A stretch of DNA of 64,000 bases from Macrostomum lignano (lineage: Eukaryota). How positions within the stretch are numbered: the stretch's first letter is position 1; every line of letters starts with the position of its first letter. The stretch is taken from assembly GCA_002269645.1 (NCBI GenBank), contig NIVC01000173.1, positions 434,001-498,000 on the forward strand. Reading direction: 5' to 3'. A program made the position numbers and the translations under genes. Positions 35,985 through 50,539 of the stretch are shown here, piece by piece. The notes below the pieces were generated by a model. It was not told the origin of the DNA. It searched no databases and saw only the letters and a list, made by a program, of their open reading frames with translations.

Positions 35985-37084
35985 ATCGGTTTGAAGCGAC
36001 TTGATCGTCTCGAGGTGATCGAGTTGGGTTGGACATGTCAATCGTAGTGGAGGCACTTCTGATGGGAATAAACATTTTATCAATAAAAGAGGCTTAAATT
36101 TTGTACTGCCTTAAGTGTTTGTCGCAAGTAAATTGGAAGCTAAATAAACTTGACATGCTAACATCAACAAAGTGATACTACAATACATTTTAAACTACTC
36201 ATAAATTTTGTTGTATTTATTTGTTAAACTCAATTTATTAAAACTCTAATTCCTAATTAGAATATAGGTAGCGTACCCCGGTGATGCATTCTGTTCGCAA
36301 GCATGGACAACACTTGTAAATACACCTTTTCACCTTTAATTTTTATCAAAGTCCAGTTTTAAAAAAACTAGCGGAAATTCAATTCAGACTATTCAGACTG
36401 GGGACAATTTTGTCTATGGCTAAACCGTTCTTCGGTGGCAGAATGTTTAGAACTGGGTTTTGTTTTTATTGATTTTCCATAAGCGTTAATCGCTACTGAT
36501 TAAGCTTAAGTAAGAAAGAAGCAGCAGACTGAAAACTGTAGCTTCTAGAACTGCTCCTTCAACTTCTGATGAGGCCCAAGAATAGAAAATCCAAAGTGCT
36601 ACCATAGACACGTGACTCATGGCTTGGAAATCAGTGTGCTGTAGTATTATATAAGTTAGACCAATAATTCCTTGATAGCTTCCAATTGGTTGCTAAGCTC
36701 TGCTTCGTGCCTTGGAATATAGCAAGTCACATGACTTCTAAGACGGGGCGCTTCTCTGGTATTGGTTAAGGCTTCATTCAACTAAATGAAGTGCGGATTT
36801 AACACAATTTTTCCGCTGTAACTCTTTATACGACGTAGACTCAAGTTGACTAGCTTCAAAAAATTCCTTTTTTTCCAATCTTTATTTACGTTCAAACTGT
36901 AATTAATTTATATTCCGCTTCAATGATGGATTGAATCTGGACTGACTTATATTACATTTGCCACGCCCGACGGGTTAGCAAAAATTGAAAATTTTAACGC
37001 TTATTTTCTTCCGTTTTTTATAACTTCATCAGCTAAATTAGTACTTAGTACTTTTAGCTTATCGAAGATCAGTTCGTGGGTGAC

Positions 37085-38215
37085 ATTGTCAGTGAGCCGT
37101 CTTGTTAGTTGATAATCTTGTCAGTGAGTCATCTTGTCAGTTGATGATCTCGTCAGTGAGTCATCTTGTCAGTTGATGATCTCGTCAGTGAGTCATCTTG
37201 GCAGTTGATGATCTCGTCAGTGAGTCGTCTTGTCAGTTGATGATCTTGTCAGTGAGTCATCTTGTCAGTTGATGATCTTGTCAGTGAGTCATCTTGGCAG
37301 TTGATGATCTCGTCAGTGAGTCGTCTTGTCAGTTGATGATCTTGTCAGTGAGTCATCTTGTCAGTTGATGATCTTGTCAGTGAGTCATCTTGTCAGTTGA
37401 TGATCTCGTCAGTTGATGATCTCGTCAGTGAGTCATCTTGTCAGTGAGTCATCTTGTCAGTTGATGATTTTGTCAGTGAGTCATCTTGTCAGTTGATGAT
37501 CTTGTCAGTGAGTCATCTTGTCAGTTGATGATCTCGTCAGTGAGTCATCTTGTCAGTGAGTCATCTTGTCAGTTGATGATCTTGTCAGTGAGTCATCTTG
37601 TCAGTTGATGATCTTGTCAGTGAGTGTCATCTTGTTAGTTGATGATCTCGTCAGTGAGTCATCTTGTCAGTGAGTCATCTTGTCAGTTGATGATCTTGTC
37701 AGCGAGCCGTCTTGTCAGTTGATGATCTTGTCAGTGAGTGTCATCTTGTTAGTTGATGATCTCGTCAGTGAGTCATCTTGGTAGTTGATAATCTTGTCAG
37801 TGAGTCATCTTGTCAGTTGATGATCTTGTCAGCGAGCCGTCTTGTTAGTTGATAATCTTGTCAGTGAGTGTCATCTTGGCAGTTGATGATCTCGTCAGTG
37901 AGTCATTTTGTCAGTGAGTCATCTTGTCAGTGAGTCATCTTGTCAGTGAGTCATCTTGTCAGTTGATGATCTTGTCAGCGAGCCGTCTTGTTAGTTGATA
38001 ATCTTGTCAGTGAGTCATCTTGGCAGTTGATGATCTTGTCAGTGAGTCATTTTGTCAGTGAGTCATCTTGTCAGTGAGTCATCTTGTCAGTGAGTCATCT
38101 CGTCAGTGAGTCATCTTGTCAGTGAGTCATCTTGTCAGTGAGTTATCTTGTCAGTGAGTCATCTTGTCAGTGAGTCATCTTGTCAGAGGGTCATCTTGTC
38201 AGTGAGTCAGTGAGT
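37085..38215. repeat. 16/32-bp minisatellite (TCTTGTCAGTGAGTCA / TCTTGTCAGTTGATGA)
   Basis: Read directly. Confidence 0.95.
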
Positions 38216-39475
38216 GACTCGTCATATAGCTCGCTTACATGGCGGGTGAGTCAGTGAGTCATCTGGTTGCAGATCCACTCATTAGGGTGGTTAGATAATC
38301 GCTATATGAACCAAGTAATAGCGCAAAAAGCGGCAAAAAAGCTTACGCAAAGGAACTGAGCAAGGATATAGTCTAATAGAAAAGTAGCCACATATATAGA
38401 CGCTCCCATAATCTTGTTGTTGCTCTCAATTCTGACAGATTGTCAATCAGCCGCGGCGGCGGCGAGCAAGGAAAGAAAAGTTTTCACTTCTTCTCTTCAT
38501 CTTCTTATTTTCCTCGAGTGCTCCCAGGAAGAAAAAATTAGAATAGCTGGAGGAACGGCGGGCATCGGAGCTCTCTGATTTGGCTTGTCCGAGTCGATTT
38601 TTCTGCTGCCAGGGAGGAAGAGGGGGGAGAGAACAGAGCGATCGACTTGGTTCAAATTGGCTTCGAAGCCCCATAGGAGCTTACGCGCCAAAAGGCCTTT
38701 TCTCTAGCTAATGGACTAGTTTTTCCCTTAGCTCTACTGTTACAATACATTTCAAGTACTTCTCTTGTTGCTGGGGGGGGGGGAAGGAAGCTCCTCGCCC
38801 GAAGCGTCGAAGCGGCCCTCAAGGGTAAAACAAGAGCGAATTTTCTGCTTGTGATTTAATTCCTACGTCACGACATGGTCAAGCCTGTCTCGAGTCAGTA
38901 CAGCAGATCGACTGACGGACTGACTCATCTCGCACCTATTTTTAAATATTTTCTTTGTCAAAGCCTCTGTTTACCTACGAGTATCCGTTTTTGATACTTG
39001 ATTAATTTGATAGGTAATATTGAGATGTTTGAGATGTAAATTCGTTTCTGAGAAAATCAAGGGCTGACTTTATATTGAACTTACGCCATATGTTAGTTAA
39101 AGCGATAAAGTTTTTTAGGGAATACAATTTGACGTTTTGATTCATTCTTTGATTCCTATCTCGGTGGTGTATATTTTTCTGGAAAAAGCATGCAGCCTTC
39201 AAAGATTTTCTAAGAAATAATCCGTCCTGTGCATCTACTTAAAAGTCGTCCTTGCAGGACACGACGCGTCAACAGCCAATGGCGATTCGCGGTTAAAGCC
39301 CACCAACCAGGGCTGAAATCTCCGCTAGCCTGCTTGCCTCTAACGAACTCTGTATAAAGAAGCGACGACTGCAGAAGCTGCAGAGCGTGGCGCTAATAAA
39401 TTTACGCATAAGCAACTGGCAATCTTGAATCTTCTCTATCTTATTAAGTTTTGATAAGCGGCACGGCGGCACATC

Positions 39476-41438
39476 ATGTCTGGTTTATCTGGCATAGGCC
39501 TACTAATCTACAACGCAGCCCTAGGATCAGTGTTCGCTGTTGGTCTCCTTGGCAACTGCCTAGTGATCGGGGTGATCTTACGCCAACGCTCCGGTACTCG
39601 ATCGCCAACGAGTATCTACCTGGCTAATTTAGCTCTGGCCGATGCCCTGCACCTGTTGTCAATACCGCCTCTGATTCATACGTCCATCGCGAACTACTGG
39701 GCTTGGTCAGAGCTGGCCTGCAAGGTGTATTACCTACTGTTCTACATGAACTCCACCATGTCAGTTTATATCATCACTGCTATGAGCTTCGATCGCTATA
39801 AAGCGGTCGTGTCCCCGTTCACTTCGGCCGGCTTGCGTAACAAACGATTTGCCAGCATCATTCTCGTCGCCCTGTGGATCATTGGAGCCCTGGTGATCAG
39901 CCCCGTCTGCTTGTATGCTCATATTGATGAGCTGTACAACGCCACGCACTGCACGCATTCACAGGTAAGAATTGGACACAGCTAAAGGGACACAGGCGCG
40001 TCGAATGGTACAATATAATTAATACGACTCTGTGAGGTATTCAACCAAACATATTTGATCAAGAACCTTTAGAATGAAGCAGTAAACGTGATCAGTAAAC
40101 TCAGTAACGCCAGAAACACACAGTCAGTAACGCCAGTAACACACAATGAGTAACGCCAGTAACACACAATGAGTAACGCCAGCAACACACAATCAGTAAC
40201 GCCAGTAACACACAGTCAGTAACGCCAGTAACACACAGTCAGTAACGCCAGTAACACACAGTCAGTAACGCCAGTAACACACAATGAGTAACGCCAGCAA
40301 CACACAATCAGTAACGCCAGTAACACACAGTCAGTAACGCCAGTAACACACAATCAGTAACGCCAGTAACACACAGTCAGTAACGCCAGTAACACACAGT
40401 CAGTAACGCCAGTAACACACAATCAGTAACGCCAGTAACACACAGCCAGTAAAAAGTTCAGTTTCGTAACATAGTCACTAATGTGTGAAGTAACCATGAG
40501 CATAAATGTCTTTGTGTCAACCACTTTGACACAAAATTGACAAAAATACAACAGTTTGAACACATTTATAGAAAACAAAATTCGTCTCTAATGCTCCATT
40601 CTACCAGTGTTTTCACAGCTGTCACACAATTTCTCTCGCACAGATGCCACCGATGGAGGACGCCAACGAGACGGAGCCGGTGCCAGACGATCTGTCCGAC
40701 ATGATGCGCAGCTTTTTCACGCATCCGGCCTACTTCATTCGCTACATTTTTGTCACCGGCTGCGTGCTGCCCGGCCTAATGCTGATCTGCTTCTACTCGC
40801 TGATTGTGCACAAGCTCTACATGATGAAGCTCGCCAGGAACTCCAGCGGTCAGGCCCGACAGAGATTCGAGAAGGTCACCTTGCTTGTTGGAGCCGTTGT
40901 CGCTTTCTACGTTGTCTGTTGCCTGCCTCACTGGGTGCACGTGAACGTGAGCCTGAGCGTGAGCGGCCACTCCTACTGGCTGGTGGTCAGCTCCCACATC
41001 ACCGCCCTGCTCGGCTACGTCAGCAGCGCCGGAAATCCCGTGCTCTACGCCTTTTTAAACGACCCGTTTCGAGCGTCACTACGTGAGTTTCTCGGCATCA
41101 ACGGGCCGGCCGGCGCTGGTGGCGCTGGAGGAGCGCTGGGCGCTGCCGGCGCTGGCGGTGCTGCTGGCGGAGCTGCCGGTGCAGCGGCTGTAGCCGGCGG
41201 CGCAGCCGGAGCGGCAGACGGGCTGATTTCGGGCACCGGCGGGGCTGCCGACGCGGAGGCCGTCGCCACCACCCGCCAGCTGTTGAGTGGCAGCGTCGGA
41301 ACCGGCGGCATCTTCGGCGGTGGAGCTGTCGTTGTTGGCGGCGGTGGCGGCGAGGGATCTCCAACGATGGGCCTGACGACCTACAATGTCACCTCTATGG
41401 AGAGTCAAGAGCACGGAAAGGAACAGTCGGCTGTGTAA
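39476..41438 (+). CDS. Class A peptide GPCR, somatostatin/allatostatin-C/opioid receptor group, 427 aa
   Basis: Exons 39476-39964 and 40644-41438 (phase 0). GLLGNCLVI, IYLANLALAD, MSFDRY, LPG...ICFY, CCLPHW, NPVLYAFL. Confidence 0.9.
40095..40450. repeat. 23-bp minisatellite (CAGTAACGCCAGTAACACACAGT) in the GPCR intron
   Basis: Read directly. Confidence 0.94.
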
Positions 41439-42984
41439 ATTTGAGAGCTAGCCAGTAACCATCAGCAAACCATAAGCAGGTTTTCGTCGATAAGCCACGA
41501 AGTTAGCCTTCTGTTTTCTGCCCGCGAAGACTGCGAGCGGGGTGGACCTACATGTAGGTAGTTTGCTTAGTCACAGCGTAGGTTTCTTAAATCTTCGAAT
41601 GCACCTATAAACTTATGTATATTTAAGCGTTTGTGATGAGATTGTATAAACTTGAAAACAAGCGGAATTTCGCCATAAGTATGGCTCCAGTACTCAGTCT
41701 GTCAGGCCTAATGAGGAGAAAAACAATCTATGTCAAAATTTACTTAGTTTTATTAGTTATCAGAGTGTGAGTTTACTGTTGCTTGCAACTACATTTGTGT
41801 TTCTTCTCTGTTTCGTAACTTATCTAACAAAGATCCCTTGAGCTCGTATTCGGCAAGTAAACTTGGAATTTATTTTTTGACTGTACTGCCCCCAATTTTT
41901 GTTTATTTTCGTATTGTTTCCCGTGTCCTATGTCCTGGTAATCCCGTGTCCTAGCTCTAATTACCAGTTTATTTACCTGAAACCCGTGTCCAAAAACGAG
42001 CTTATGTCGAACTTTAGTGACACTCTGTGTGTATTTATTATAACCCAAAAGTTTAAATCGATTTCATTGACGATATCGTAGTCTGTAAAGTTTGTCCTCG
42101 TGTTGTGCAATTTCTAATTTTAACGAATTACCTTTTTTGTTATAATCAGTTTGCATAACTGTCTCTATTATTGTAATATCTCTGTTGTTTCGTATTACTT
42201 TGTTTTACTAAGTCATTCAAATTTGTGTTACTAAAATGTTGCAAAATATATTGTTGTTAAGACTCGAAGACTCGTTACCTTTGGGTATTTCCTTTATTAA
42301 ACACCTATCAGGCAAATTCGTCAATGTAGAGTTTACCGCTGTTTCGATGTTTGCTTCGTTAAGCTACAGCTTTAAAAGAAGGAGGTTTCGATGAACACAT
42401 GGACGTTATCTGCACAGTACCTACGGTAGATTTTCTACGAAACTTTCTACTGTCAAATCCCCGCTGCTCCTGCCTTAACGCTGCTTACCCACTCTTTGGG
42501 AGCCAAGTCAAAACAAGTCGTGGCAAAAAGGCACAGTTAAAAGCCCCGGGATACCCAGAAAGATTTGCAGGCAGGCGCAAACGTCTGCAAGATTTAACAG
42601 GACCGGCACACTTTGCCCAGCGACAAGAAAGCCTAAAAGTGCAGGATTTGCCGTTCTGCAATGGGAAGGACAGAATTTACGCTCGTAGCCTTGACGTCGC
42701 CTGGTTGGACAAGACTTCCGAATGCTTCATTTAGTTGGCTCTCCGAATTCCGACCGCTAAAGTAGCGTGACGCTGCACTTGGATATCGTGTAAAAGTTAC
42801 TGCAAAATGAAGTGACGAGATAGGAAGTTTTTTTTAATTTTTCCCACTCAATAGAAGATATCAATCAAATTTAGCCTGAACACGTTGTGCCTAGTTTTAT
42901 TCATAAGTTTGTTTGGACAAGTTCAAAAAACAAAGACGCACTGACGATACGATAAATACCCGTTCGTTACCGGCCTTTAGATCG

Positions 42985-43955
42985 TTTCTAAGAAAATCCA
43001 GTCTAGCGTCCTTTTACTTCAGCTGTCCGGCTCGTTTCTAAGAAAACCCAGTCTAGCGTCCTTTTACTTAAGCTGTCCAGCTCGTTTCTAAGAAAACCCA
43101 GTCTAGCGTCCTTTTACTTCAGCTGTCCAGCTCGTTTCTAAGAAAACCAACAATCTAGCGTCCTTTTACTTCAGCTGTCCGGCTCGTTTCTAAGAAAACC
43201 CAGTCTAGCGTCCTTTTACTTCAGCTGTACAGCTCGTTTCTAAGAAAACCAACAATCTAGCGTCCTTTTACTTCAGCTGTCCGGCTCGTTTCTAAGAAAA
43301 CCCAGTCTAGCGTTCTTTTACTTCAGCTGTACAGCTCGTTTCTAAGAAAACCAACAATCTAGCGTCCTTTTACTTCAGCTGTCCGGCTCGTTTCTAAATT
43401 CCAGTCTAGCGTCCTTTTACTTCAGCTGTCCGGCTCGTTTCTAAGAAAACCAACGAGCCTAGCGTCCTTTTACTTCAGCTGTCCGGCTCGTTTCTAAGAA
43501 AACCAACAATCTAGCGTCCTTTTACTTCAGCTGTCAGCTCGTTTCTAAGAAAACCAACAAGTCTAGCGTCCTTTTACTTCAGCTGTACAGCTCGTTTCTA
43601 AGAAAACCAACGAGCCTAGCGTCCTTTTACTTCAGCTGTCCGGCTCGTTTCTAAGAAAACCAACGAGCCTAGCGTCCTTTTACTTCAGCTGTCCGGCTCG
43701 TTTCTAAGAAAACCAACAATCTAGCGTCCTTTTACTTCAGCTGTCAGCTCGTTTCTAAGAAAACCAACAAGTCTAGCGTCCTTTTACTTCAGCTGTCCGG
43801 CTCGTTTCTAAGAAAACCAACAAGTCTAGCGTCCTTTTACTTCAGCTGTCCGGCTCGTTTCTAAGAAAACCAACAAGTCTAGCGTCCTTTTACTTCAGCT
43901 GTCAGCTCGTTTCTAAGAAAACCCAGTCTAGCGTCCTTTTACTTCAGCTGTCCAT
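42985..43955. repeat. 50/53-bp minisatellite (CTCGTTTCTAAGAAAACCCAGTCTAGCGTCCTTTTACTTCAGCTGTCCGG)
   Basis: Read directly. Confidence 0.96.
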
Positions 43956-44604
43956 GTCTCGTAAACACTCGCGAGCACTCTCAAACAAGGCCTCAAACCC
44001 CGGATGATGCAATTTGCCCTAGTTCCTGCCCCAGACTCGTCAGAGTGAAACCTATAAAAAGATATTTATCTAGTCTAGGCGCCAAGATTTCGACGCTAGA
44101 TAATAAGCGAGAGAGGACTTTTGTTCGATGGCGATCCCCACGGGAGCCGACGGACAATCTGGTCGCCCTCGGCTCCGATCCTCGGCTCGCACAACCAAAT
44201 TCCCCAAAGAGGGGGGGGGGATGCGGCAGGCCCGAACAGATCAAGTCTCCCCAATTCTAACCTTCAGGAAGAAGGAATGAGACCGCTGGAGCCCATGCAG
44301 AGAGAGGGAAATATGAGAGAAGAATTCGAATAGTTACGAATGAAAATTTTCGCCCTTGAGCGGCCAGTTATAGAGATGCTAGGCTGAGATTGAGATTGGG
44401 ATTATATAGAATAGTTCGCAATGGATCCCAGCCCTGTCCGTTTAGGGAAGTTTCTGTAGGAAACCAAGGCTCTGTTTAATCAAAAGTCAAGCTCATAACA
44501 CTTATTTTCTGATCTTCTAGGTATAATTTAGTTCTCTTTCTATTTGCGCAGACAATTTATATTTTTAGTTGGCAACAAATTTAGTTAAATTAGGCAACTA
44601 TCAA

Positions 44605-45195
44605 GTCCACCCTACCCAAATCCACCCTACCCAACTCTACCCTACCCAATCCGCAATACCCAACCCACCCTACCCAACGAACCCTACCCAACTCTACCCT
44701 ACCCAACCCAACTCTACCCTACCCAAATCCAGCCTACCCAACTCTACCCTACCCAACTCCACCCTACCCAACTCCATCCTTCCCAATCCACAATACCCAA
44801 CCCACCCTACCTACTCTATCCTACACAACTCCACCCTACCCAACTCCACCCTACCCAACTCCACCCTACCCAACTCTACCCTACCCACCTCTACCCTACC
44901 CAACTCTACCCTACCCAAATCCACCCTACCCAACTCCACCCTACCCAACTCCACCCTACCCAATCCACAATACCCAACCCACCCTACCTACTCTATCCTA
45001 CACAACTCCACCCTACCCAACTCCACCCTACCCAACTCTACCCTACCCAACTCTACCCTACCCAAATCCACCCTACCCAACTCCACCCTACCCAACTCCA
45101 CCCTTCCCAACTCCACCCTACCCAACTCCACCGTACCCAATCCACAATACCCAACCCACCCTACCCAACTCTACCCTACCCAACTCTACCCCTTA
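44605..45195. repeat. ~15-bp C-rich minisatellite (CCCTACCCAACTCCA)
   Basis: Read directly. Confidence 0.93.
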
Positions 45196-45749
45196 CCTAA
45201 AAATCAAAATTGCTTCAATACAGCATTTATCCCAAAATAATCCCTCTTATTCTAGAAATAATAAATCCCAGGCTTTAGGTACAGTTCTGCGCAATTCACT
45301 CAGACATCGTGAATTCTCTCTCCGATCCAACTCCCTCATCCATTTTGCTTTCCATCTCTCCCGCAAACTACTCTCTCCTTCCTTAGGCCAGTCTTTAATT
45401 TGTACTTTTTTGCTGGGATATTTTCCTGCCAGAGACTGACCGTCCAGCAATCGGATATTCAACGTTGGGGCCAATTTAGCCAATGCACAGCACAGGCAAG
45501 AGGATAATTAGTTCAGTGTACACATTTAGGAGGAAAAGAGCCATCAAGAGTCCAAGGACAGCGGCCGAACACAGTTTATAAGCAATAGAAGGTATCTTTC
45601 GCTCTTATTTATCCCAGCTACATATCCTACAGCTAATCTTTTAGGGAGTAAAACTGATTTTGTAAAATATTTTGGCAACGCATTGTTTGTTGGCTATATG
45701 CATTGGGATTATCATTATTCTTGTGCTGCATCAAACCTGAACGTGAGTC

Positions 45750-46885
45750 AGCCTCCCAGTCACTATCCCAGTCACTCTCCCTGTTACTCTCCCAGTCACT
45801 CTCCCAGTCACTCTCCCTGTTACTCTCCCAGTCACTCTCCCAGTCACTCTTCCAGTCACTCTCCCAGTCACACTTCCAGTCACTCTCCCAGTCACTCTTC
45901 CAGTGACTCTGCCAGCTACTCTCCCAGTCACTATCCCAGTCACTCTCCCAGTCACTCTTCCAGTGACTCTGCCAGCTACTCTCCCAGTCACTCTTCCAGT
46001 CACTCTCCCAGTCACACTTACAGTCACTCTCCCAGTCACTCTTCCAGTCACTCTCCCAGTCACTCTTCCAGTGACTCTGCCAGCTACTCTCCCAGTCACT
46101 CTTCCAGTCACTCTCCCAGTCACACTTACAGTCACTCTCCCAGTCACTCTTCCAGTCACTCTCCCAGTCACTCTTCCAGTGACTCTGCCACCTACTCTGC
46201 CAGTCACTCTTCCAGTCACTCTCCCAGTCACACTTCCAGTCACTCTCCCAGTCACTCTTCCAGTCACTCTTCCAGTCACTCTCCCAGTCACTCTTCCAGT
46301 GACTCTGCCACCTACTCTGCCAGTCACTCTTCCAGTCACTCTCCCAGTCACACTTCCAGTCACTCTCCCAGTCACTCTTCCAGTCACTCTCCCAGTCACT
46401 CTCCCAGTCACTCTTCCAGTGACTCTGCCAGCTACTCTGCCAGTCACTCTTCCAGTCACTCTTCCAGTCACACTTCCAGTCACTCTCCCAGTCACTCTTC
46501 CAGTCACTCTCCCAGTCACTCTCCCAGTCACTCTTCCAGTGACTCTGCCAGCTACTCTGCCAGTCACTCTTCCAGTCACTCTTCCAGTCACACTTCCAGT
46601 CACTCTCCCAGTCACTCTTCCAGTCACTCTCCCAGTCACTCTCCCAGTCACTCTCCCAGTCACTCTCCCAGTCACTCTCCAGGTCACTCTCCCAGTCACT
46701 CTCCCATTCACTCTCTCATTCACTCTCCCAGTCACTCTCCCAGTCACTCTCCCAGTCAGTCTCTCAGTCAGTCTCCCAGTCACTATCCCAGTCGCTCTCC
46801 CAGTCACTCTCCCATTCACTCTCCCAGTCACTCTCCCAGTCACTATCCCAGTCACTCTCCCAGTCACTCTCCCAGTCACTCAGCC
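45750..46885. repeat. 12-bp minisatellite (CCCAGTCACTCT) with higher-order variants
   Basis: Read directly. Confidence 0.96.
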
Positions 46886-47374
46886 CCTTACTGTTTGCCA
46901 TCTTGGCTCACCAGAGAATTGACTGCTTCAATATAATTCCCATCACCTCTCTCTAATCATCCGCCTGCAGTTCTCCCTTCCCTCCCAGAGGGCAAATCAG
47001 CAAAAAGGGGATTAGCAGGCCATCCTCCCCGAATATGTTGTCAGCTTCCTCATTTCCGCTTGTGCCCACCATCCATCTCATATTTTTCATCTCCCAGACC
47101 TGACCGCGATGACGATGACGGGCAAGGCAATGCATTATTAAATTATAAATGACAGATTAAAGTAGCGGTCGCCATAGCATGGGGTTTCAGATTTGGTGGG
47201 GGGATCTGTCGGGATAGGGGAGGATAACGAAATCCTGAGCAAGGAAGTTTGCGGGGTTAGGTGGGCAGAGTTATTGCTGTAATATAAAGTAAATACTTGC
47301 GAAAAAAACAACAGGATTATTTCTATCGATTTCATTGCTATATTTGATACCAATTCAAACACACTCCGTCCCAC

Positions 47375-47765
47375 ACTCCAATCACCCTGTGTCCCACACT
47401 CCAATCACCCTGTGTCCCACACTCTAATCGCCCTGTGTCCCACACTCTAATCGCCCTGTGTCCCACACTCTAATCGCCCTGTGTCCCACACTCTAATCGC
47501 CCTGTGTCCCACACTCTAATCGCCCTGTGTCCCACACTCCAATCACCCTGTGTCCCACACTCTAATCGCCCTGTGTCCCACACTCTAATCGCCCTGTGTC
47601 CCACACTCTAATCGCCCTGTGTCCCACACTCTAATCGCCCTGTGTCCCACACTCTAATCGCCCTGTGTCCCACACTCTAATCGCCCTGTGTCCCACACTC
47701 TAATCGCCCTGTGTTCCACACTCTAATCACCCTGTGTCCCACACTCCAATCACCCTGTATCCCAC
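47375..47765. repeat. 23-bp minisatellite (CACACTCTAATCGCCCTGTGTCC)
   Basis: Read directly. Confidence 0.95.
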
Positions 47766-48470
47766 ACTCTCCCCACACTCAGTGAGAACTGACCTCCTAT
47801 CATTCACTGTCTACTCTCTCTTTTATCTTTGTTTCTCTTTGGTCTTTCAACCCCAAAAATATTTTCGTCAGTTGTTGACCAACAGCGGTAGATCGATGAG
47901 GCGCGCTCATAATTAAAAGCGATCCCGAAAAGTCTATACGAAAGGAAATGTGCTGGGCCCTGTAATTTTATTAGCCAGCTATGTCGCTTTTCTCTGCATG
48001 ATAATTGCTGTAATTATAGATAACAAAGTAGGCTCAGATGAGCGCCATGCAATATGTATCCGGTGCTTTGATTTTTGATCTAGATTGGAAATTTTCAGCT
48101 TCTTAGATTTTTAGGATGCATCGGGAGAATAAGACGATATTCGAGCATAGCAGCTCGAGTTTGGTTATCACCTACCGGGGAAATTTAATTGATTTCGAGT
48201 TGGCGCCGTCGCTATTCGAATTTCAACAAAAATTCTTCTTCAACTGAGAGAGAAATTGGAAGTGATCGTTGCTTTGAGGGCCAACGGCCGGCCGCAACGG
48301 TCGAGGTCACCTTGCGTGACGACTAATTTTCTTGGAAACTTGATCGCCTCTCAACTGAGATTCGATCTGCAGCCACTGCGCGTCTCTGCTGGTCTCCGCA
48401 GCATTCGGGTTGTTGGTTCAACTCCTCTGCCTTGCCTCCTTACCTGTGTTACAGCTGTGTCTGTCTACTG

Positions 48471-49011
<541 letters not shown>

Positions 49012-49395
49012 GTATCAAATGCTCCTGAAATCAAATAACTCATTTTTTCTGCATAGAAATCAAAGAAAAAATGCTGAAACAATGGGGTTCCGGCCAGCCC
49101 AGGCCGCAGCTGGTGGCAAGCGAGTTAATCCAAACCCTATCAGGGTGAAATGACCCTTGTACGAATGCATTATAAATCAGTGCTTGCACTATACTAATTT
49201 TTTTGTATCGGCTGATTGTGAAAAAGTGGCGCGACTTTTTATTAGAATAAATCTATAAATTAGCCGGGCTATTCGTGTCTAATTCCCACACTTGGTTGAG
49301 GCTTTTTAATTCGAAATCCATTCTCTGATAGTGGCGACGTAGTTTTGCTTAATTTCCCAGACAAATTAATTTCCGGATTAGGCGCTAAAAGAAAC

Positions 49396-49970
49396 ATGTC
49401 TTTTAAAACGGTTTCGATGCTCTTTGCTGTCGCCCTGCTGTCTGTGACTTTCAGCTACGGACTGGGTGATGACGTCATCACGGTGGCCGAGTAAGTTCCT
49501 AGTCTGTCTGGAGGTGTCTTACACAGGGACAGGAGTTTAGTTCGAAAATACATGTACGGGATGTCATGTTTGAAATTGATGAATAAGATTTGAAAAAAAA
49601 CAGGAACAGAAGAGAGAGGAAAGGAAAAAGGAGTGAGGAGAGATGAGAGAGAAGAGAGAAGAGAGGAGAGAGGAGAGAGGAGAGAAAAGAGAGGAGAGAA
49701 GAGAGAAGAGAGAGGACACAGAAGAGATGGTAGAGGAGAGAGGAGAGATGAGAGAAAAGTAAGAAGAGAGGAGAGAGAAGAGAGTATAGAGGAGAGAGGA
49801 GAGAGGAGAGAGAGGAGGAAAGAAAAGAGAGGAGAGAAAAAGAGAGGAGTGAGAAGAGATGAGAGAGAGAGAGAGAGAGAGAGGAGCGATCAGAGAGGAG
49901 AGAGGAGAGAGAAGAGAGAGGAGCGATCAGAGAGGAGAGAGAGAGAGAGAGAGGAAAGAGGAGCGATCAG

Positions 49971-50065
<95 letters not shown>

Positions 50066-50122
50066 GAGGAGCGATCAGAGAGGAGAGAGAGAGAGAGAGA
50101 GAGAGGAAAGAGGAGCGATCAG

Positions 50123-50157
<35 letters not shown>

Positions 50158-50170
50158 GAGGAGCGATCAG

Positions 50171-50205
<35 letters not shown>

Positions 50206-50466
50206 GAGGAGCGATCAGAGAGGAGAGAGAGAGAGAGAGAGAGGAAAGAGGAGCGATCAGAGAGGAGAGAGAGAGAGAGGAAAGAGGAGCGATCAGAGAG
50301 GAGAGAGAGAGAGAGAGAGAGGAAAGAGGAGCGATCAGAGAGGAGAGAGAGAGAGAGAGAGAGAGGAAAGAGGAGCGATCAGAGAGGAGAGAGAGAGAGA
50401 GAGAGGAAAGAGGAGCGATCAGAGAGGAGAGAGAGAGAGAGAGAGAGAGGAAAGAGGAGCGATCAG

Positions 50467-50539
<73 letters not shown>

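Larger units (their letters stand above)
44450..47140 (-). mobile_element. Possible decayed non-LTR retrotransposon 3' region, interrupted by two arrays
   Basis: Minus-strand fragments RWMVGTSGNEEAD (RNase H-like W...GNE.AD, ~47050) and ERWKAKWMRELDRRENSR (W...W motif of LINE ORF2 C-termini, ~45350). Many stops; no RT core seen. Confidence 0.35.

Noticed and set aside
42399-42734. 111-aa ORF
   Set aside because: No recognisable motif, splice context or codon bias.
12222-43955. Minisatellites as CRISPR arrays
   Set aside because: No unique spacers, no cas genes, eukaryotic context.
44569-46936. Mucin- or adhesive-like (STLPN)n, (SHSP)n and (VTLP)n ORFs
   Set aside because: Open in several frames on both strands because the units lack stops; no signal peptide or flanking exons. 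RNA-seq would be needed to revive them.
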